Assembly (NCBI RefSeq): GCF_036321535.1
Contig: NC_087447.1
Location: forward strand, 50,656,001 to 50,720,000
Direction: 5' to 3'
Length of the DNA stretch: 64,000 bases
Source of the DNA: Camelus dromedarius
Lineage: Eukaryota
A program made the translations under genes and the position numbers. Within the stretch, counting starts at the first letter, position 1; each line of letters opens with the position of its first letter. Below the pieces are notes generated by a model that was not told the DNA's origin, made no database searches, and worked only from the letters and a program-made list of their open reading frames with translations. Below are positions 63,275 through 64,000 of this stretch, piece after piece.

Positions 63275-64000
63275 GTAATTTTTAAAAATTATTACACATT
63301 GGATTATTTAACCTGCCTTCTATTTTCCTTTTCTAGTAAATTATATGCATATACAACTTCTGAAAATGAAATGTTAAATGTTTTAGGGAGTAACAGTGTT
63401 TAAAACAGGGATTGCAAATTCAAGTTCCTACAGGAGCCAGATGTAGGTGACAGGAATATACCAAGAACAACCAGTGCCCAGGCCCAGCTGGCTGTTGGTA
63501 GACAGTCATTCAGGTGCAGCACTGCTCTCATAAGCAGAAAAAAAAACAGGAAGCATTAGGCACATGCACATATAAACATTATTTTTATGACATTATTTTC
63601 TAGGAAAGATAGGGGGAAAATATTCTAGGAATTTTCAGTCTAATATACATTTTAGTTAGTTTTTTTCAAGTAGGAGGTTATTTCCATCAAGGGAAACAAA
63701 CATAGGAAACTTTAATGTAAGAAATGATTTAAGTGCATCCTAGAGTGAAACCAGAGTGAAATAAAGTGTCAAACCCTAAATAAAGAGAGCTATTGTTTGT
63801 TGAGAGCTATGATGTGCCTGTCATTCTGCTCATTACTGCATTGACTCTAATCTCCCCAGTAGTCCTACAAATTAGGGATTATTGTCTACATTTTAAGGGA
63901 AATGAGCTCAGAAATATTAGGTAATTTGCCCAGGGTTACACAGTTATTAAGGGACAGAGCCAGGATTGTAACTAGATTTGTTTGACTCTTGTCAGTATTC

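Overview
Mammalian genomic DNA, most likely a camelid (two tRNA-derived vic-1-type SINEs). The window lies inside the + strand gene ACER3 (alkaline ceramidase 3). Five internal coding exons (orthologous to human exons 2-6) have canonical AG/GT ends and splice in frame to WNTVSNLIMIIPPIFGAIQSIRDGLEKRYIASYLALT-VVGMGSWCFHMTLKYEMQ-LLDELPMIYSCCIFVYCM-FECFKVKNSVNYHLLFTLILFSLIVTT-VYLKVKEPIFHQ. The rest is intron, dominated by transposable elements. There are two full-length, sense-oriented, TSD-flanked LINE-1s: an older decayed copy at 3022-10233 inside an MLT1 LTR, and a young copy at 37979-45083 inside a MER33 with intact ORF1 and only three 1-nt ORF2 frameshifts. There are also many truncated L1s, MaLR/ERVL LTRs, a young solo LTR, hAT MITEs, L2 and MIR relics. 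The most interesting candidates come from comparing the two L1s: (i) a same-length 75-codon ORF with strong Kozak context in the long ORF1-ORF2 spacer, preceded by a splice-acceptor-like sequence and overlapping the ORF2 start; (ii) a long antisense ORF0-like frame in the 5'UTR. Neither is proven functional. Repeat family names and the boundaries of old repeats are from recognition by eye and are approximate.
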